From contig CM007992.1 of assembly GCA_002189035.1 (NCBI GenBank), forward strand, positions 3,534,001 through 3,598,000: a DNA stretch of 64,000 nucleotides, read 5' to 3'. The position numbers and the translations under genes are program-made. Source of the DNA: Utricularia gibba. Its lineage: Eukaryota > Plantae > Magnoliophyta. The notes beneath the pieces are model-generated. The model searched no databases, was not told where the DNA came from, and saw only the letters and a program-made list of their open reading frames with translations. Below are positions 63,446 through 64,000 of the stretch, in pieces; position 1 is the stretch's first letter; each line of letters opens with the position of its first letter.

Positions 63446-64000
63446 AATAATAACAGCATATCTAATATTCTGGGTTTTCATTTTTGGTGTTGAATGTGAG
63501 TTTTCGTTTTGAAGACGAGCACTGCGTCTATTATTATCCGATGCTTGCTGTAAAATGTGAATTTTCGTTGTGAATACAAACAAAGTGTCTATTATTACTC
63601 AGTGCTTGTTATAAAATAAAATTTCAACGAAGCATCGTTATTTATGCTATGCGGTGCTCGATTGAACTTATAAAATGATATAGAAAAATAAAATATATAA
63701 TAATTTATTTTAATTAACCAAAAGGGTATATTGGTAATTTCATATGAAAATTATTACAAACCCAATTTTAAACCCACGTACCAAACGTGTATTCATCTTA
63801 TATCCAAATAATTTAAACTCATCAAACAAACATGGATTACACCCTTTAAACCCATGAAATCGGGTTATCTAAACCCAAATAAACTAAACCTGGGTTTAGA
63901 TCAAACCTAACAACCAAACGCGCCCTTAATGATGAAATAAAAGGATAATTTATATGAAAGGATTATTGATATTGAGTTTCTAAGGGAGGGGGAAGGGTTC

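Larger units (their letters stand above)
63035..63925. mobile_element. Tourist-like (PIF/Harbinger) non-autonomous MITE, 891 bp
   Basis: Perfect 15-bp TIRs GGGCGCGTTTGGTTG (63035-63049) and CAACCAAACGCGCCC (63911-63925), with a TTA target-site duplication on both sides (63032-63034, 63926-63928). No transposase ORF. Confidence 0.92.

Noticed and set aside
63350-63583. 77-aa minus-strand ORF inside the MITE
   Set aside because: Low-complexity translation of the GAA tract, with no transposase or Myb motif.

Overview
Plant (eudicot) nuclear genomic DNA, very gene-dense: 23 protein-coding loci or remnants in 64 kb, with short introns and AT-rich spacers. In order: COBL4 (+), DUF2039 (-), FCP1/NIF-like HAD protein (+), uncharacterised plant protein with a Cys-rich tail (-), ACOS5 (-), RPS19 (+), UGD (+), MUB (+), GH85 ENGase (+), VTI1 pseudogene (+), ORE1/CUC-clade NAC (-), CDF-type Dof (-), At5g19025-like pseudogene (+), alpha-tubulin (-), IQD (-), VIH/VIP1 PPIP5K (-), YSL (-), ANAC086-like NAC (-), ABC1K (-), GAD (+), DUF740-like (-), mitochondrial mL41 (-), KAN1 (-), then a Tourist/PIF-Harbinger MITE. 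Gene models were built by hand from translation and GT/GC-AG sites. Family names come from recalled homologue sequences, not from a database search. I saw no tRNA, rRNA or CRISPR feature and cannot demonstrate a new multi-gene system. Best leads: (1) single-base frameshifts in otherwise intact VIH and ENGase, and probably KAN1. These are either homopolymer assembly errors or recent loss-of-function alleles; VIH also has an in-frame cryptic donor that would give a kinase-dead, phosphatase-intact isoform. (2) A perfect 16-bp DRE-CGCG-DRE palindrome within a CAMTA-box cluster upstream of GAD. (3) An inverted P1BS pair upstream of VIH. (4) An eroded miR164 site in a NAC gene. (5) A duplicated splice acceptor in COBL4, in-frame stop-free introns (one GC-AG), and apparent intron losses.
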